The notes: generated by a model not told the origin, from the sequence alone. 64,000 bases of DNA from a virus (IMGVR_UViG_3300024239_000016:1-64000); one strand, 5' to 3'. Positions 9,608-20,169 are shown, numbered from the stretch's first letter. Numbers and translations are program-made.

Positions 9608-10231
9608 ATGGAAAACAACAACCTTATCCGCCTCACTCTTCAACGTATAGTGGAGTCTTGCCCTTCGCGCGAATTGGCAAAGTTCCAGGTACAGGTGATG
9701 CTCATGATGGCTGGTATCGGCACGATAAGCTGGACTCCTGAAATCAAGGCCAAGCAAATTGCCATGGGAATTAAGCTCACTCACGATGAAGAAATCATGC
9801 CGTTCGGCACCAAGATAGTGGTGCTGGAGGAGGTCGTTAGCAAACTGAAAGCTTCAGAGCTACAGCTGCTGATCGACCGCCAGGGCGTACTGATTTCTTA
9901 CATCGATGAAAAAAGCATGCAGGAAGCCGCTGATGATCGCACCACCCGGCTTGTCAAGGGCGAGATCACAGCCGGCGAGCTGGCGCAAGAGCTCGAAGAT
10001 AACACCAAGCATGCTGTCCATCTCGAATACGCAGCTGATCGTGCTATGGCCGAGAAGTACTCGCCTCAGCAAATGGCTGATACCCTGCACAGTCAACTGG
10101 CCGCAGTTTGCCAACTGATACATGTACTCAACCAAGCCCAAGGCAACAACATCGGGTACGGCGTAATCATGGCAGATATCATGTCCAACCCTGTCATCGA
10201 CGAGCGCTTCAAGCGGCTCGACTCAATGTAA
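9608..10231 (+). CDS. Hypothetical early protein
   Basis: SD AAGGAG before ATG 9608; leader identical to that of the gene at 45302. Confidence 0.8.
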   Translation: MENNNLIRLTLQRIVESCPSRELAKFQVQVMLMMAGIGTISWTPEIKAKQIAMGIKLTHDEEIMPFGTKIVVLEEVVSKLKASELQLLIDRQGVLISYIDEKSMQEAADDRTTRLVKGEITAGELAQELEDNTKHAVHLEYAADRAMAEKYSPQQMADTLHSQLAAVCQLIHVLNQAQGNNIGYGVIMADIMSNPVIDERFKRLDSM

Positions 10232-10247
10232 TTTAAGGAGATCCAAA

Positions 10248-10568
10248 ATGAAAGGCTTTTTCTTCGCTCTCGTTGTCTTCTGCACCAGCATCAGTTTTGC
10301 TGATGCTGCCGAGTTCTCAGCAAGCTGGTCTCACGATAGTATCTTTCCTGGCAAATTCAAGGTAATAACCTTGGTTGCTCGTGACAACACCACAATCACC
10401 GGTGTGACAGTGAATCGCGGCCACTGCAAACTGGCGCCTGCTGGCTGGACAAAGTTTCCAGTCAAGGTCCAGTTTGGCCAGGCCATCAACCTGAAGACGT
10501 ATTACAACTGCCAGATTATCGAACTGGCCGTTAGTACGCCCGATGGCGTATCATCGATTCAGTGGTGA
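10248..10568 (+). CDS. Small exported protein
   Basis: Sec-type signal peptide MKGFFFALVVFCTSISFADA; two Cys in the mature part. Confidence 0.7.
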   Translation: MKGFFFALVVFCTSISFADAAEFSASWSHDSIFPGKFKVITLVARDNTTITGVTVNRGHCKLAPAGWTKFPVKVQFGQAINLKTYYNCQIIELAVSTPDGVSSIQW

Positions 10569-10569
10569 T

Positions 10570-10604
10570 AAAAATAGCCCCTTTCCCGGGGCTATTTTTT
10601 TTTT
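10570..10604 (+). terminator. Rho-independent terminator
   Basis: AAAAATAGCCCC...GGGGCTATTTTT plus T tract. Confidence 0.75.
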
Positions 10605-10651
10605 CTAATTTAGTTAGCCGAATCCAATGATAAACTTCAAGGCGGTGCCAT

Positions 10652-11584
10652 ATGTCAAATTTTCAATTATCTCAGTTCCACATCTATTCTTACGGTGTGG
10701 TTGCTGAGAACAAATTAACTAGTTCGAAGAAAGTCTATGTACGCCCAGAGGAAACATTTCCCATTACAGATGGCGAATCAACAACTGTAGCAGTTGTAGA
10801 AAAAGGAAAAGGGTTCGATCAATCTGGCGCAGCGTATGAAGAACAAACTGTCAGCACTGAACCTATCGAGTGCGAGTGGCTTCCGTTCGATGGAAGCGGC
10901 AACCGTGTAACCTCTCCAGATGTCCGTCGCGGTGAACGTGTTGTTATTTATCAATTTGGTAATGAGCAAAAATACTACTGGACTACGTTGGGTATTGATT
11001 TAAAACTGAGAAAGTTAGAAACAGTAATTTATGCGTTCTCTGGCACAACCGTCGAAAGTGCAGAAGTGAACGCTGACAATTACTACTATATCGAAATCTC
11101 AACTCATCGAAAATTAGTGCATTTCCATACATCGCAGGCTAACGGCGAACCTTTCGGGTATGACGTGCAATTCGATACAGGAACTGGTATCTTTACTCTA
11201 ACCGATACGGTTGGAAACCATATTGTTTTGAATTCAAAAGAGACAAGACTATTTTTCAGTAACAAAAACAATACATCACTGGAGCTTGTTAAGAATGATC
11301 TCAACGTTAATGTACCTGGTAACACTACCGTCAATACTACTAGTAATACCGTTGTTAATTCTGGCGGTAATACCACCATTGAATCAAAAGGCGTAAACAC
11401 AATCAAGGGAATCAGAAACATAATGATTGGCCCATTGCAGCTGAGCGTTGGTGATTCAGCAGACGGCGAAGGAAACACAATCACTGGCAGTGTCCATATT
11501 GACAAAGCAACAATTGATCTCTTGACTGTTAATTCGGTTATCGAAGCCCCTGGAATAAATGGCTTTGCGAGAAGTATTGGTTAA
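10652..11584 (+). CDS. Baseplate central spike-like virion protein (phiKZ gp164-like)
   Basis: OB-fold-type PDVRRGERVVI motif followed by V/N/T/G-rich beta-helix repeats. Confidence 0.65.
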   Translation: MSNFQLSQFHIYSYGVVAENKLTSSKKVYVRPEETFPITDGESTTVAVVEKGKGFDQSGAAYEEQTVSTEPIECEWLPFDGSGNRVTSPDVRRGERVVIYQFGNEQKYYWTTLGIDLKLRKLETVIYAFSGTTVESAEVNADNYYYIEISTHRKLVHFHTSQANGEPFGYDVQFDTGTGIFTLTDTVGNHIVLNSKETRLFFSNKNNTSLELVKNDLNVNVPGNTTVNTTSNTVVNSGGNTTIESKGVNTIKGIRNIMIGPLQLSVGDSADGEGNTITGSVHIDKATIDLLTVNSVIEAPGINGFARSIG

Positions 11585-11589
11585 GGATA

Positions 11590-11623
11590 TATACATCACG
11601 CCCCAGATGGGGCGTGATGTATA
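11590..11623. terminator. Bidirectional hairpin between convergent genes
   Basis: TATACATCACGCCCCA-GA-TGGGGCGTGATGTATA. Confidence 0.75.
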
Positions 11624-11625
11624 GT

Positions 11626-12240
11626 TTATAGATTTAAAGCAATGTACTGTTCTAGCTCAGCAATTCGATCAAGCGCTACTGCGTAGCTTGATCTTAGGCG
11701 GTTGAGTTCCGCACTTGGTGTATTTGCGAAATCTATTGTTTGTTGTCGGTTTGCGACAATAGCGTTATGCGCTTCAGAGCTGACATAAGTGACGCCACTA
11801 AGAGCAATTGGAGTTATGCCACCGATCGGATCAATGCCGGCGTACGTCTTAACAGCATCTCTCACCGCTGCGATTATGGGCGCCATATCAGTCTGATTAT
11901 ACATCGAACCGATGCTCACTGTGAGTCCCATAACCGCGTACGGATAACCACCGAGAGTCGGAAACTCCTCAATGAACGAAGATGGGATCCGATAGACCTG
12001 ACCAGCTGCATCCGACAAAGTAACAATGGCCTCGCCATTGGCATCGTCAGTCTGATAAACAGCATTGGTTAAGCCACGGGGTGAGTAATATTGAGCAAAT
12101 GGATCAATACCTTGTTTATGCAGATCGTGAAATCGACGAACAGCAATGCAGGTATAAACAACATCACTGCTAACAAGAGTATTGAAAGGGGCCTTTATTT
12201 TAAAATGCCCCATTGCTCCTATTTGTGGGAATAGTGCCAT
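11626..12240 (-). CDS. Probable virion structural protein
   Basis: 204 aa; position in the conserved phiKZ-like structural block. Confidence 0.55.
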   Translation of the reverse strand: MALFPQIGAMGHFKIKAPFNTLVSSDVVYTCIAVRRFHDLHKQGIDPFAQYYSPRGLTNAVYQTDDANGEAIVTLSDAAGQVYRIPSSFIEEFPTLGGYPYAVMGLTVSIGSMYNQTDMAPIIAAVRDAVKTYAGIDPIGGITPIALSGVTYVSSEAHNAIVANRQQTIDFANTPSAELNRLRSSYAVALDRIAELEQYIALNL

Positions 12241-12250
12241 TTATAACCCT

Positions 12251-13573
12251 TTACATTTCCGGTACTTCACCACGCGGTAGGTTTTGACTATAGAGACTCT
12301 GCTTGGTCAGCACCAGATATTGCACGTTGTGAAAATTGAAAGCAATGAAATCACATCCATTGCGCCGCACACGACTCAGATTTGCCGGGATATTGAAATT
12401 GGGGCTATAGTCCTCAGCTGCCTTGATTGCGGCGTTGAGTAGATTTACCCATTGTTGCGTTTTCAGCTGCATGCGATTGAAGTCGGTACTCATGGTACTA
12501 ACCGCAATATAGTCCGGAAAGTGATCGGTGATTTTATTCATCCCGTTCAGATTTTCGGGACTACCGATCACGCTGGTGATCATAGACCGATACGTGAGAG
12601 ACATTACTTGCGTATTCTCATCGACGTAATATTCGGCCGAATCAATCCAGCTAGGATCGATATATTTGCTGATCAGTTTCGCCTCAACGATCGGGGAATA
12701 AATACCGGCCTGGGTCTCCATCTCGTTGATCGCATAGCGATTGGCCATAGGAACAAAGATGAACTCAGTCCTACGAAAAAGATCAGGTAGAATCTCTACC
12801 CACTCCTCTCGTGTGCGGGTACTCTTGGAGAGGATGTCTTTCACCAATGCGTCTTTGATGGCATCCAGGTTATTACCAGCCCAGCCATAGATCACAGCAC
12901 TGAAGTTGACAGGTGTTCGATCCATGCTATCGTTTGGATTGATGTATTCGAACGTGAAAGTACGGATGCTTGTTTGTGGATTGTTGCCGATTGTCTCGTT
13001 GATCTTCTCAATGAGATTGGTTTGAGTGATGTTGGCAATCAACTGCTTAACGGTAGCCGGCTGTTGGAAGAACAAATCGACGTTATCGAACGGCAACACA
13101 GTACGGATTTCAGAGATGTCATATTGAGACCGAAACGCTTCATCCGAAAACCATACACGGAAACTTACCTCGCCGTCGCTAGTGCTCCAGCTAAGCCATT
13201 CGGGCAAATCATAAGCACCGCTGATGATGTTACCGCTAGCTGGCTCTGCAAAAGTAGCAGGGAATTCAGTCATCAAACGCTGCATTAAGTCAGTGGCATC
13301 TGACGTGTTTTCGTCCAGCATCAGCTCATGAATTTTAGCCAGAATAGCCATTCCTTGCTGAATCTGATGATCAGTTGCCTGCGCCGCTTCGGTATTCTCT
13401 TCCTGGATGCTGAAGATACGGAGATTTAAAGCAGGCGCCAAGCTAGATGTGTGAATGCCTATTTCAGTGGAATAGGTCTTGGATACAGCCGAGAGTTCTC
13501 CAAGAGGAGCAACTACGCCTAGAGCGTTGTTAGCAAATGATGGGAACTCCACGAATCCTTTTACAAAAATCAC
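12251..13573 (-). CDS. Probable virion structural protein
   Basis: 440 aa, GTG start with SD AAGGAG; PLGELS and STDFNRM motifs recalled from phiKZ-like virion proteins. Confidence 0.6.
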   Translation of the reverse strand: MIFVKGFVEFPSFANNALGVVAPLGELSAVSKTYSTEIGIHTSSLAPALNLRIFSIQEENTEAAQATDHQIQQGMAILAKIHELMLDENTSDATDLMQRLMTEFPATFAEPASGNIISGAYDLPEWLSWSTSDGEVSFRVWFSDEAFRSQYDISEIRTVLPFDNVDLFFQQPATVKQLIANITQTNLIEKINETIGNNPQTSIRTFTFEYINPNDSMDRTPVNFSAVIYGWAGNNLDAIKDALVKDILSKSTRTREEWVEILPDLFRRTEFIFVPMANRYAINEMETQAGIYSPIVEAKLISKYIDPSWIDSAEYYVDENTQVMSLTYRSMITSVIGSPENLNGMNKITDHFPDYIAVSTMSTDFNRMQLKTQQWVNLLNAAIKAAEDYSPNFNIPANLSRVRRNGCDFIAFNFHNVQYLVLTKQSLYSQNLPRGEVPEM

Positions 13574-13636
13574 AGTAATCTCCTTGGAGTGTTTAAAAAA
13601 TAAATTACCTATAGGCCATAAAATTGCCTATGTTGA

Positions 13637-14038
13637 ATGGGGAGGTATGGTGTGTCGGTCTTTAAACTGTTATTTATTCTAATTAGAGAAATGATTCTTG
13701 GGAAGCTGACCTTTAAACAGGCTTTCCGAGAAAATAAAATCAGATTGTTTTTCTTTCTTCTGGTCATCATTTCTTTTTACGCAAACTATGTGACGTTGCC
13801 GAAGATTTACGCGATTACCGAGCAAAAGGTAATTATGGAGCGTAGCTACAAAGAGCAAATCGAAACGCTACAGTCTCAATTACGCGAGTGTCGTACAGGT
13901 AAACAATCTCTCGCTAGTGGAGATCCCAATACCCCGGATATTCTCAAATGGTGTCTCCAAGAGTTGGTTAACGTGACCGATAAACCCATCGCGCATAAGC
14001 CAACTACTAAAGACAGTAAAATTCATTTAAGTCCATGA
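13637..14038 (+). CDS. Membrane protein with TM segment and coiled coil
   Basis: IRLFFFLLVIISFYANYV hydrophobic segment then coiled coil; start may be GTG 13652. Confidence 0.55.
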   Translation: MGRYGVSVFKLLFILIREMILGKLTFKQAFRENKIRLFFFLLVIISFYANYVTLPKIYAITEQKVIMERSYKEQIETLQSQLRECRTGKQSLASGDPNTPDILKWCLQELVNVTDKPIAHKPTTKDSKIHLSP

Positions 14039-14101
14039 ATTATGTAGGATACAACGTGACATTGAATGTCATGTTTTAATATTTAAGGACTGGAGTTTGG
14101 A

Positions 14102-15643
14102 ATGGACACCAAAGTAAAAGATAGCGAAGATACCACCCAAGGTGCAGATGGTCTGGTCCTCTACACCGACGGTGGTAGTCGAGGCCCATCATCTGGTCCT
14201 GGCTATGGTGGTTCTGGCATGCACGGATACAGCTACTCTCTTGATAGTCCGAAAAAGGGAACTGGTAACACCAGTGTCAAGCTAACTACTGTCGGATACA
14301 TTGTAAACGACGAAGTCAAAACAGAACACCAGCTCGTGACCCCGTTAGGTTACATCGACTCAGTTACTTCTTTTAGTGGCTGGGTGACCAACAACGTAGC
14401 TGAGCTGACAGCCGGTATCATGGCCCTTCAGAAAGCCATCAGCACAAAAGCAGCCAATGTATATATTCTTGCTGACTCCATGTACTTTGTGGATGGCTCG
14501 AATAAATGGTTAAATACCTGGAAGTCAAATGGGTGGAAGAAACGGGATGGTTCGCCAGTCAGTAACATGGACCTCTGGCAGACTATCATGCAGCTCATCG
14601 ATAAGCTAGCTGAAAACAAACAGTCTTTGACCATTGCCCACATTTACGCACACTCTGGTTTCCTTGGAAACGAGATGGCCGACAGATTGGCTACGATCGG
14701 CATTACCCGATCGATGGCTAACATAGTGAATACTCTCGAGAAGAACTACCCGCCGACAAAGTACTGGGACAAAAATTCCTATACTGACGACGCAGGCAAT
14801 CAGATTCGTATCGAAAAGCATCCATTCTTTGGTATGCCTCGCTTTATGTTCTCGACTCACTCTGAGTCGCTGGTACCGGGTCGGTATCTTCTGTCAAGTG
14901 CTATTCGGGATGACGATCTCTCGATGATCGGATCGGTAGATCCCAATCGTTCTTTGGCTGTTGTTTATATGGACGAGCCAGAGCCAGTGATTGAATCGTT
15001 TATCGAATATCAGTGCAAATTCGCTATGGACTTACCGTCCATTATTGTTGGTCGACTCGATTACTTGATGAAGCCAACCAACTACATTGATATCCTGACT
15101 TACGGAACGAATATCTTTCTGAGAAGCAGCCCTCTCAAAATGGATCTTTGCGATGTCAGTGATCAGCCAGTTTCTCGTGAGCTGAAGCCAGCGCGTAAAG
15201 CTCAATGGGAAGTGGACGAATACAACAATCTGAATACGGTTTTGAAGAGTTTCCAAGCCGGTGAAAAGGATATCGTTGTCACGGACATCACCCCTCGAAT
15301 CTACGACGTTGAAGAGAACGAGAAAACCAAAGAGACAAAATACAAACTGAATGACGAGTTTGTAGTTGGCTTAACTCACTTCAATACACCAGTCGCTTTT
15401 GCCAGCGCAGATGGTATAGAGACTACCGATTGCCGTTTTACCCTTGGCATTGATATCGTTGAGCGCAATATCCTTAAACGTCTCGAGGACCGCCGCCCAA
15501 AGGTCTCAGCCATTACTTGGTGCGATCATACGCCTGCAGCCGGCGTTGTAAAATCGTTCCGCGTTGCAACAATCATTGAAGTAACAGGTGGAATTGGAAT
15601 ATGGTCAGGTGTATATTCCAATCTCCGTATTGTTAACATCTAA
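14102..15643 (+). CDS. rnhA: Ribonuclease HI with large C-terminal extension (phiKZ gp155-like)
   Basis: LYTDGGSR, TNNVAEL, ADSMY, WKSNGWKKRDG..V.N.DLW, AHSG..GNEMADRLA. Confidence 0.93.
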   Translation: MDTKVKDSEDTTQGADGLVLYTDGGSRGPSSGPGYGGSGMHGYSYSLDSPKKGTGNTSVKLTTVGYIVNDEVKTEHQLVTPLGYIDSVTSFSGWVTNNVAELTAGIMALQKAISTKAANVYILADSMYFVDGSNKWLNTWKSNGWKKRDGSPVSNMDLWQTIMQLIDKLAENKQSLTIAHIYAHSGFLGNEMADRLATIGITRSMANIVNTLEKNYPPTKYWDKNSYTDDAGNQIRIEKHPFFGMPRFMFSTHSESLVPGRYLLSSAIRDDDLSMIGSVDPNRSLAVVYMDEPEPVIESFIEYQCKFAMDLPSIIVGRLDYLMKPTNYIDILTYGTNIFLRSSPLKMDLCDVSDQPVSRELKPARKAQWEVDEYNNLNTVLKSFQAGEKDIVVTDITPRIYDVEENEKTKETKYKLNDEFVVGLTHFNTPVAFASADGIETTDCRFTLGIDIVERNILKRLEDRRPKVSAITWCDHTPAAGVVKSFRVATIIEVTGGIGIWSGVYSNLRIVNI

Positions 15644-15685
15644 ACGAGGGAGCGGTAACCAACAATTACCGCCACTTAATCGAAA

Positions 15686-16147
15686 ATGCCCACAACACTG
15701 AAACCTGCACATCTCAAGTATTACAAACCTGGATGCGGCGCCAAGCAAAAAATACTGCAATGTTTAACGAAGCTGTTTACTGCCATCTTTCCAAGATCAA
15801 GGCGGCGAATTCTTCTGTTATCATCGCTGATGCCGATTTTGTTTGGCGCAGAGGCCGCTAGTGAGCGACATCGTTCATTGGTGAACACAACGCTATCTGT
15901 AGGACTTACGGACGATGTTCTTGTTCTTCCGATCTATCTGTATCGACTGATTTATTCAGATGATCAAATTAGCGAGATCTCAGATCTGGCTAACTCGAAA
16001 TCTCTGTCAAGCAATCATGAATGTGTGGAAGTGGCATCACAGATCTATAAGCACATACCAAAATGGATTCTGTACGAAGAACCAGCAGACGTGGTTACTG
16101 ATGTGACCACCCTCTTAGCCTTGCGTCGAATTCTCAACGGTCAGTAA
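15686..16147 (+). CDS. Hypothetical protein
   Basis: 153-aa ORF after RNase H. Confidence 0.7.
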   Translation: MPTTLKPAHLKYYKPGCGAKQKILQCLTKLFTAIFPRSRRRILLLSSLMPILFGAEAASERHRSLVNTTLSVGLTDDVLVLPIYLYRLIYSDDQISEISDLANSKSLSSNHECVEVASQIYKHIPKWILYEEPADVVTDVTTLLALRRILNGQ

Positions 16148-16154
16148 TACACAA

Positions 16155-16189
16155 ATACACCACGACGCCCAATGGGCGTCGTGGTGTAT
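16155..16189. terminator. Bidirectional hairpin between convergent genes
   Basis: ATACACCACGACGCCCA-A-TGGGCGTCGTGGTGTAT. Confidence 0.75.
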
Positions 16190-16196
16190 GATGCTT

Positions 16197-17090
16197 TTAG
16201 CTCTCGTTCAGGATTGCCTTAAGTTTGTTTGTCGATTCTTTGAAAGCTTCAGCGAAGCCAAGCGCGTCGTAATAGACAATAGAGTACAACTCAACACTAC
16301 GGGCAGTGGCCTCGATGTACTCTGTGAGACGCAGAAGCATCTCAGGAGAGACATCCGACATGTTACCCTGGTTAGCTGATGCGCGGAGCGTCTTGAGGTA
16401 GTTAACAGCCTTGTTGACCTTGCCTTCCATGGCCTTCGGTGAGATCTTCTTCAGGAGATTGTCGACCTCATTCATCTTGGAGATGATATCGCGCCATTGG
16501 TTGTTTGATTCCACCAGAGTTTCCAACTTTGCAGAGGCCTCATTTCCGCCTGTCACAAAGCAAGATTGTCGAGCTGAATGGATTGTTGACATTTCGGTGT
16601 AACGGCTCTCGGTGATGGCGGATGTACCGGCATACATATCGTTGATGGCGATACGATCTTGGCGATTATTAACAATTCGCCCAATAAAGCCAGTGAAGCC
16701 ATCGATTTGAGCAATTACATCAGAGCAGTAATTCGCGCCAGGAACCAAATATCCTGTCAGTAGTTCCAGGAAGGTAACCTTCAGACCAGCAGGCTTTGGG
16801 ATATGGATCTGTGCGAGATCCGCATAGTTGTGTTTGGCAACGAGCGTAAGCAGATCGCGCTGCGGCCCGCTGAAGTCACGATACAACGAGATGCGTCCTG
16901 ATAAAGCTGACAGAGCATTATCGCTAACATCCGAGAGGCTCGAAATGATAGCATCGACTCGCGATGCCAGTCCCACTGCGTCCCCAGCTTCCAAGCTGAT
17001 AAGGTTACGCATGCGAGCAAGTTTGTTTTCTAGTTCAGTGTTCACTTGACATCCTCGTCTATGAATAGGGTTATAAAGATTCCATAGCAT
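16197..17090 (-). CDS. Probable head/virion protein
   Basis: N-terminal ISLEA matches the S-x-E prohead-protease cleavage motif; true start likely GTG near 17045. Confidence 0.55.
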   Translation of the reverse strand: MLWNLYNPIHRRGCQVNTELENKLARMRNLISLEAGDAVGLASRVDAIISSLSDVSDNALSALSGRISLYRDFSGPQRDLLTLVAKHNYADLAQIHIPKPAGLKVTFLELLTGYLVPGANYCSDVIAQIDGFTGFIGRIVNNRQDRIAINDMYAGTSAITESRYTEMSTIHSARQSCFVTGGNEASAKLETLVESNNQWRDIISKMNEVDNLLKKISPKAMEGKVNKAVNYLKTLRASANQGNMSDVSPEMLLRLTEYIEATARSVELYSIVYYDALGFAEAFKESTNKLKAILNES

Positions 17091-17176
17091 TTAAGGTCCA
17101 CGCTAGCCAAATTAATAAAAATCATCAGACCAAAATATCTTGACTAAAACAACTTTACTAATTGAGGTACTTGCAA

Positions 17177-18619
17177 ATGATGCTAAGACCGAGTTTCGAA
17201 GAAGCTCCTGAAATCAAACCTCTGGTAAACGTAGGTGCTGGACTCGATGTACCTTATGGATATTACCTAAGAGGAGTCCATGGTGAGAACGTTCTAAATG
17301 GCGGTGCTTCGTTCGGCGTAGGTGTCGTCGGTAAGGAGAACATGTTCAAGTCGACTTTCATGGAGTATCTCTTCCTGACCGTTTGCGCACGACTTGGCGT
17401 TTTGTCAATGGATATCTACGATACCGAACTGAACGTTCATCGCCCAGGTATTCGTCGGCTGTATTCCGCTATTCGCGAATTTCGCGGCGAAGATTTGTTC
17501 GAAACCAAACGCCTCCGGGTTACAGATGGTACTCGTTACTTTGGTAACAAGTGGTACGAGGTGTTGAAAGAATACCTCAAAGACAAGATCAAGTATTTCA
17601 AGAATGGAACAAAAGGCGCTTATGTTGAGCTGCCATTCCTCGATGGTACGACCGGTAAGCCATATCGGATTCCTGTTCCATCGGCTAGCGCAATGGATTC
17701 GTTTTCTGAGTTCAAGACAGAAGATATCGTCGGAATTCAGGAAGCCAACGAAATCGGTGACTCGAAACGCCAGACGATCCATATGCGCCAGGGCCTCGCT
17801 AAAGTGGCGCTGATTACCGAAATTCCGTTCTATCTGAATTCGGCTTGCCACTGGCTTTTCATGACAGCCCAGCTCGGCAAAGAGATGATGCAAGATCCAT
17901 ATGCGTCGCCAACAGCCAATGTCAGGCTGCAGCATCTGAGGAATAACGACAAGATCATGGGCGCAACTCGGAAGTTCAACTATCTGACTACCGATTGCTA
18001 CCACATGATCCATGCTAGTGTCTTCCGCAACGATCGTACAAAAGGCGCTCAATATCCTCGTGTTCCTGGCGAAGAAGTGCCAATGGATCCGGACCTGAAC
18101 ATCGTTCAGATTCAAAACCTCCGAGGTAAAGCTGGCATGTCCGGCTATGTGCAAGAAATTGTTGTTTCCCAAAAAGACGGCATCTTGCCGAGCCTATCCG
18201 AGTTTAACTATTTGAAGAAAAATAAATTCGGTTTTGAGGGCAATGATCAGAACTATGCACTTGAGTGTTTGCCGGACTGCTCTTTGTCAAGAACTACAAT
18301 TCGCTCAAAGATAGATACCGATGCGCGTTTGCGCCGTGCTCTCACACTGAGCTGTGAGTTGCTACAGCACGATATGCTCGACAATCTCCGACTCACTGCC
18401 GAAGTTGTGACCCCCGCACAACTGATGCACGACCTGGTTAAGCTCGGTTACAACTGGGAGCAGTTGATGGATACTCGCAGCTGGTGGGCACCTATTGGCG
18501 TGCATGACGAAACCGCGTTTCTCAGTACTCTGGATATGCTGAAGATGCGTACTGGCGAATACATTCCTTACTGGCTACCTGATTCGGAGAAATCCAAAAT
18601 CAAAGCCAATTTCAAATAA
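17177..18619 (+). CDS. uvsX: UvsX/RecA-like recombinase (phiKZ gp152-like)
   Basis: Degenerate Walker A GKENMFKST, YDTE, Walker B MDSFS; SD GAGG before ATG 17177. Confidence 0.8.
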   Translation: MMLRPSFEEAPEIKPLVNVGAGLDVPYGYYLRGVHGENVLNGGASFGVGVVGKENMFKSTFMEYLFLTVCARLGVLSMDIYDTELNVHRPGIRRLYSAIREFRGEDLFETKRLRVTDGTRYFGNKWYEVLKEYLKDKIKYFKNGTKGAYVELPFLDGTTGKPYRIPVPSASAMDSFSEFKTEDIVGIQEANEIGDSKRQTIHMRQGLAKVALITEIPFYLNSACHWLFMTAQLGKEMMQDPYASPTANVRLQHLRNNDKIMGATRKFNYLTTDCYHMIHASVFRNDRTKGAQYPRVPGEEVPMDPDLNIVQIQNLRGKAGMSGYVQEIVVSQKDGILPSLSEFNYLKKNKFGFEGNDQNYALECLPDCSLSRTTIRSKIDTDARLRRALTLSCELLQHDMLDNLRLTAEVVTPAQLMHDLVKLGYNWEQLMDTRSWWAPIGVHDETAFLSTLDMLKMRTGEYIPYWLPDSEKSKIKANFK

Positions 18620-18631
18620 GAGAGAATCACC

Positions 18632-19324
18632 ATGAACGAAAACATTCTTGGAAAAGCAGACTCAGCAGAGCTCCAAGTGGCTGAGGAAGGCATCACAGCC
18701 CCCGGGGTTTACATCGAAGAAAAAGAGACCAACATCATCGCTCCGCCGCCGATCTATGAAGTTGGCCAATTGGAGTTTGGAACAAGCCCAGAGATCTACC
18801 TGGTAATGAAGGTTCTGAATCGCGAAACAGGTGAGGTCAGCACTCAGGAAGTGACCAACGAAGAATACCTCATGCTCCGTGCTCGTGAATTCGATCCCGA
18901 ACACAACATGCCCGCGTTGTTGGGATCACTCATTCGAGTAGTCCTCAGCGATGGGGCGCTCCAGAACATCCCGCAGACCATCCAGGTAATCGTCGACCGC
19001 GTTCACTCTGCCGTCTTCAATCCAGCAACCACAGTGCCGATCCAGATCAATCTCATCAACCGCACTCTCCGCGCATTTCTTGGCGGCATGCCGTTTGAAA
19101 CGATGGCCGCTCGCATCACGCTGCAGGATGTGATTATCGAACCTGGTCAATGGGCACTCATCTTCCGGAAATTCATTGTGCCATGTCTCATTCAGTACGA
19201 GAATTACCTGAATACGCCGCTGGAGCGCCAGACGGATGTAGATCAGGCAGCAAGTGCGGAGTCCGTCTCTACAATCGAGTGCGAAAATATTTCGCCAGCC
19301 GAGGACACGCCGCAAGAATCCTAA
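18632..19324 (+). CDS. Hypothetical acidic protein
   Basis: 230-aa ORF. Confidence 0.7.
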   Translation: MNENILGKADSAELQVAEEGITAPGVYIEEKETNIIAPPPIYEVGQLEFGTSPEIYLVMKVLNRETGEVSTQEVTNEEYLMLRAREFDPEHNMPALLGSLIRVVLSDGALQNIPQTIQVIVDRVHSAVFNPATTVPIQINLINRTLRAFLGGMPFETMAARITLQDVIIEPGQWALIFRKFIVPCLIQYENYLNTPLERQTDVDQAASAESVSTIECENISPAEDTPQES

Positions 19325-19365
19325 CCAAGCGGCGTCCCACTCAACTGCAAATTGATACCGACATT

Positions 19366-20169
19366 GTGGACTACAGTTATTTCGATAACGAGATCTGCAT
19401 TGTCGGGTCCCCTTCTTTTAATGATTTCGATATGTTTAGTGAGATCATTAATAAAAACATAGGTGGTCTTAGCATTCAGAAAACCATCTTTGTGATAGCA
19501 AATACCGATTTTGGTACGTCCGGACTGATGAAGCTCTGGTGTCAGCAACATGACGGCAGGTATAGGGTGGTCGATCCAATGGTGTTTGACGGTAAGCTGA
19601 ATGTTTATCGCCCATCACTACTTCCATTCAAGAGCCAGTCGTCCGGACTTATTTTTCTCGGCGAAGATAAATACTCAAAAGAATACAGAGTTAGCGTCAG
19701 AGATAAGAAAAAGAATTTCTCTCTGCAGATGATCGATCTAGGCAACATAGCCCCAGCGACGAAAACAGAAATAGCGATAATCGATCCGTACCAGATTAAA
19801 GAGTTTATTGCCAAGCAATACGCCATTGTCCATATTGGATTACAACGATATACTTTAGGTAAAGCTCGAACCAATATTCCATTCATCCCTGATTTCCGAT
19901 GGTTGGATGATATATCGGACGATAGAATGGATGTTCAGATTTTCAAAGATCAGTATCGCAACAGAATGCGATCTATGCAGGACCTCTTTCCAAATCACTG
20001 GAGATTGACTTTAGAAAGACCAAGGCTAGCTATTTGTAATTATCGTGATGTGTACGATTATGATTACAGTATGGACTTTGTTCAAGAGTTAGCTATCTTT
20101 CTTGAGAGGCATTGGATGGATGCAAATATCACCAATGCTCAAAATCAAGGAGTACATAATGGCTGGTAA
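19366..20169 (+). CDS. SLOG/YspA-like domain protein (start uncertain)
   Basis: ICIVGSPSFNDF...FGTSGLMKLWC resembles the SLOG GSR.F.D / GAD motifs; GTG 19366 is the first in-frame start after the upstream stop. Confidence 0.45.
   Translation: MDYSYFDNEICIVGSPSFNDFDMFSEIINKNIGGLSIQKTIFVIANTDFGTSGLMKLWCQQHDGRYRVVDPMVFDGKLNVYRPSLLPFKSQSSGLIFLGEDKYSKEYRVSVRDKKKNFSLQMIDLGNIAPATKTEIAIIDPYQIKEFIAKQYAIVHIGLQRYTLGKARTNIPFIPDFRWLDDISDDRMDVQIFKDQYRNRMRSMQDLFPNHWRLTLERPRLAICNYRDVYDYDYSMDFVQELAIFLERHWMDANITNAQNQGVHNGW

Noticed and set aside
17405-18172. 255-aa antisense ORF, and similar shadow ORFs opposite conserved genes
   Set aside because: Lies fully opposite uvsX with no motifs; explained by codon bias
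19150-19365. Possible -1 frameshift fusion of 18632 into the next ORF
   Set aside because: No in-phase slippery heptamer in the overlap; an internal GTG start is simpler
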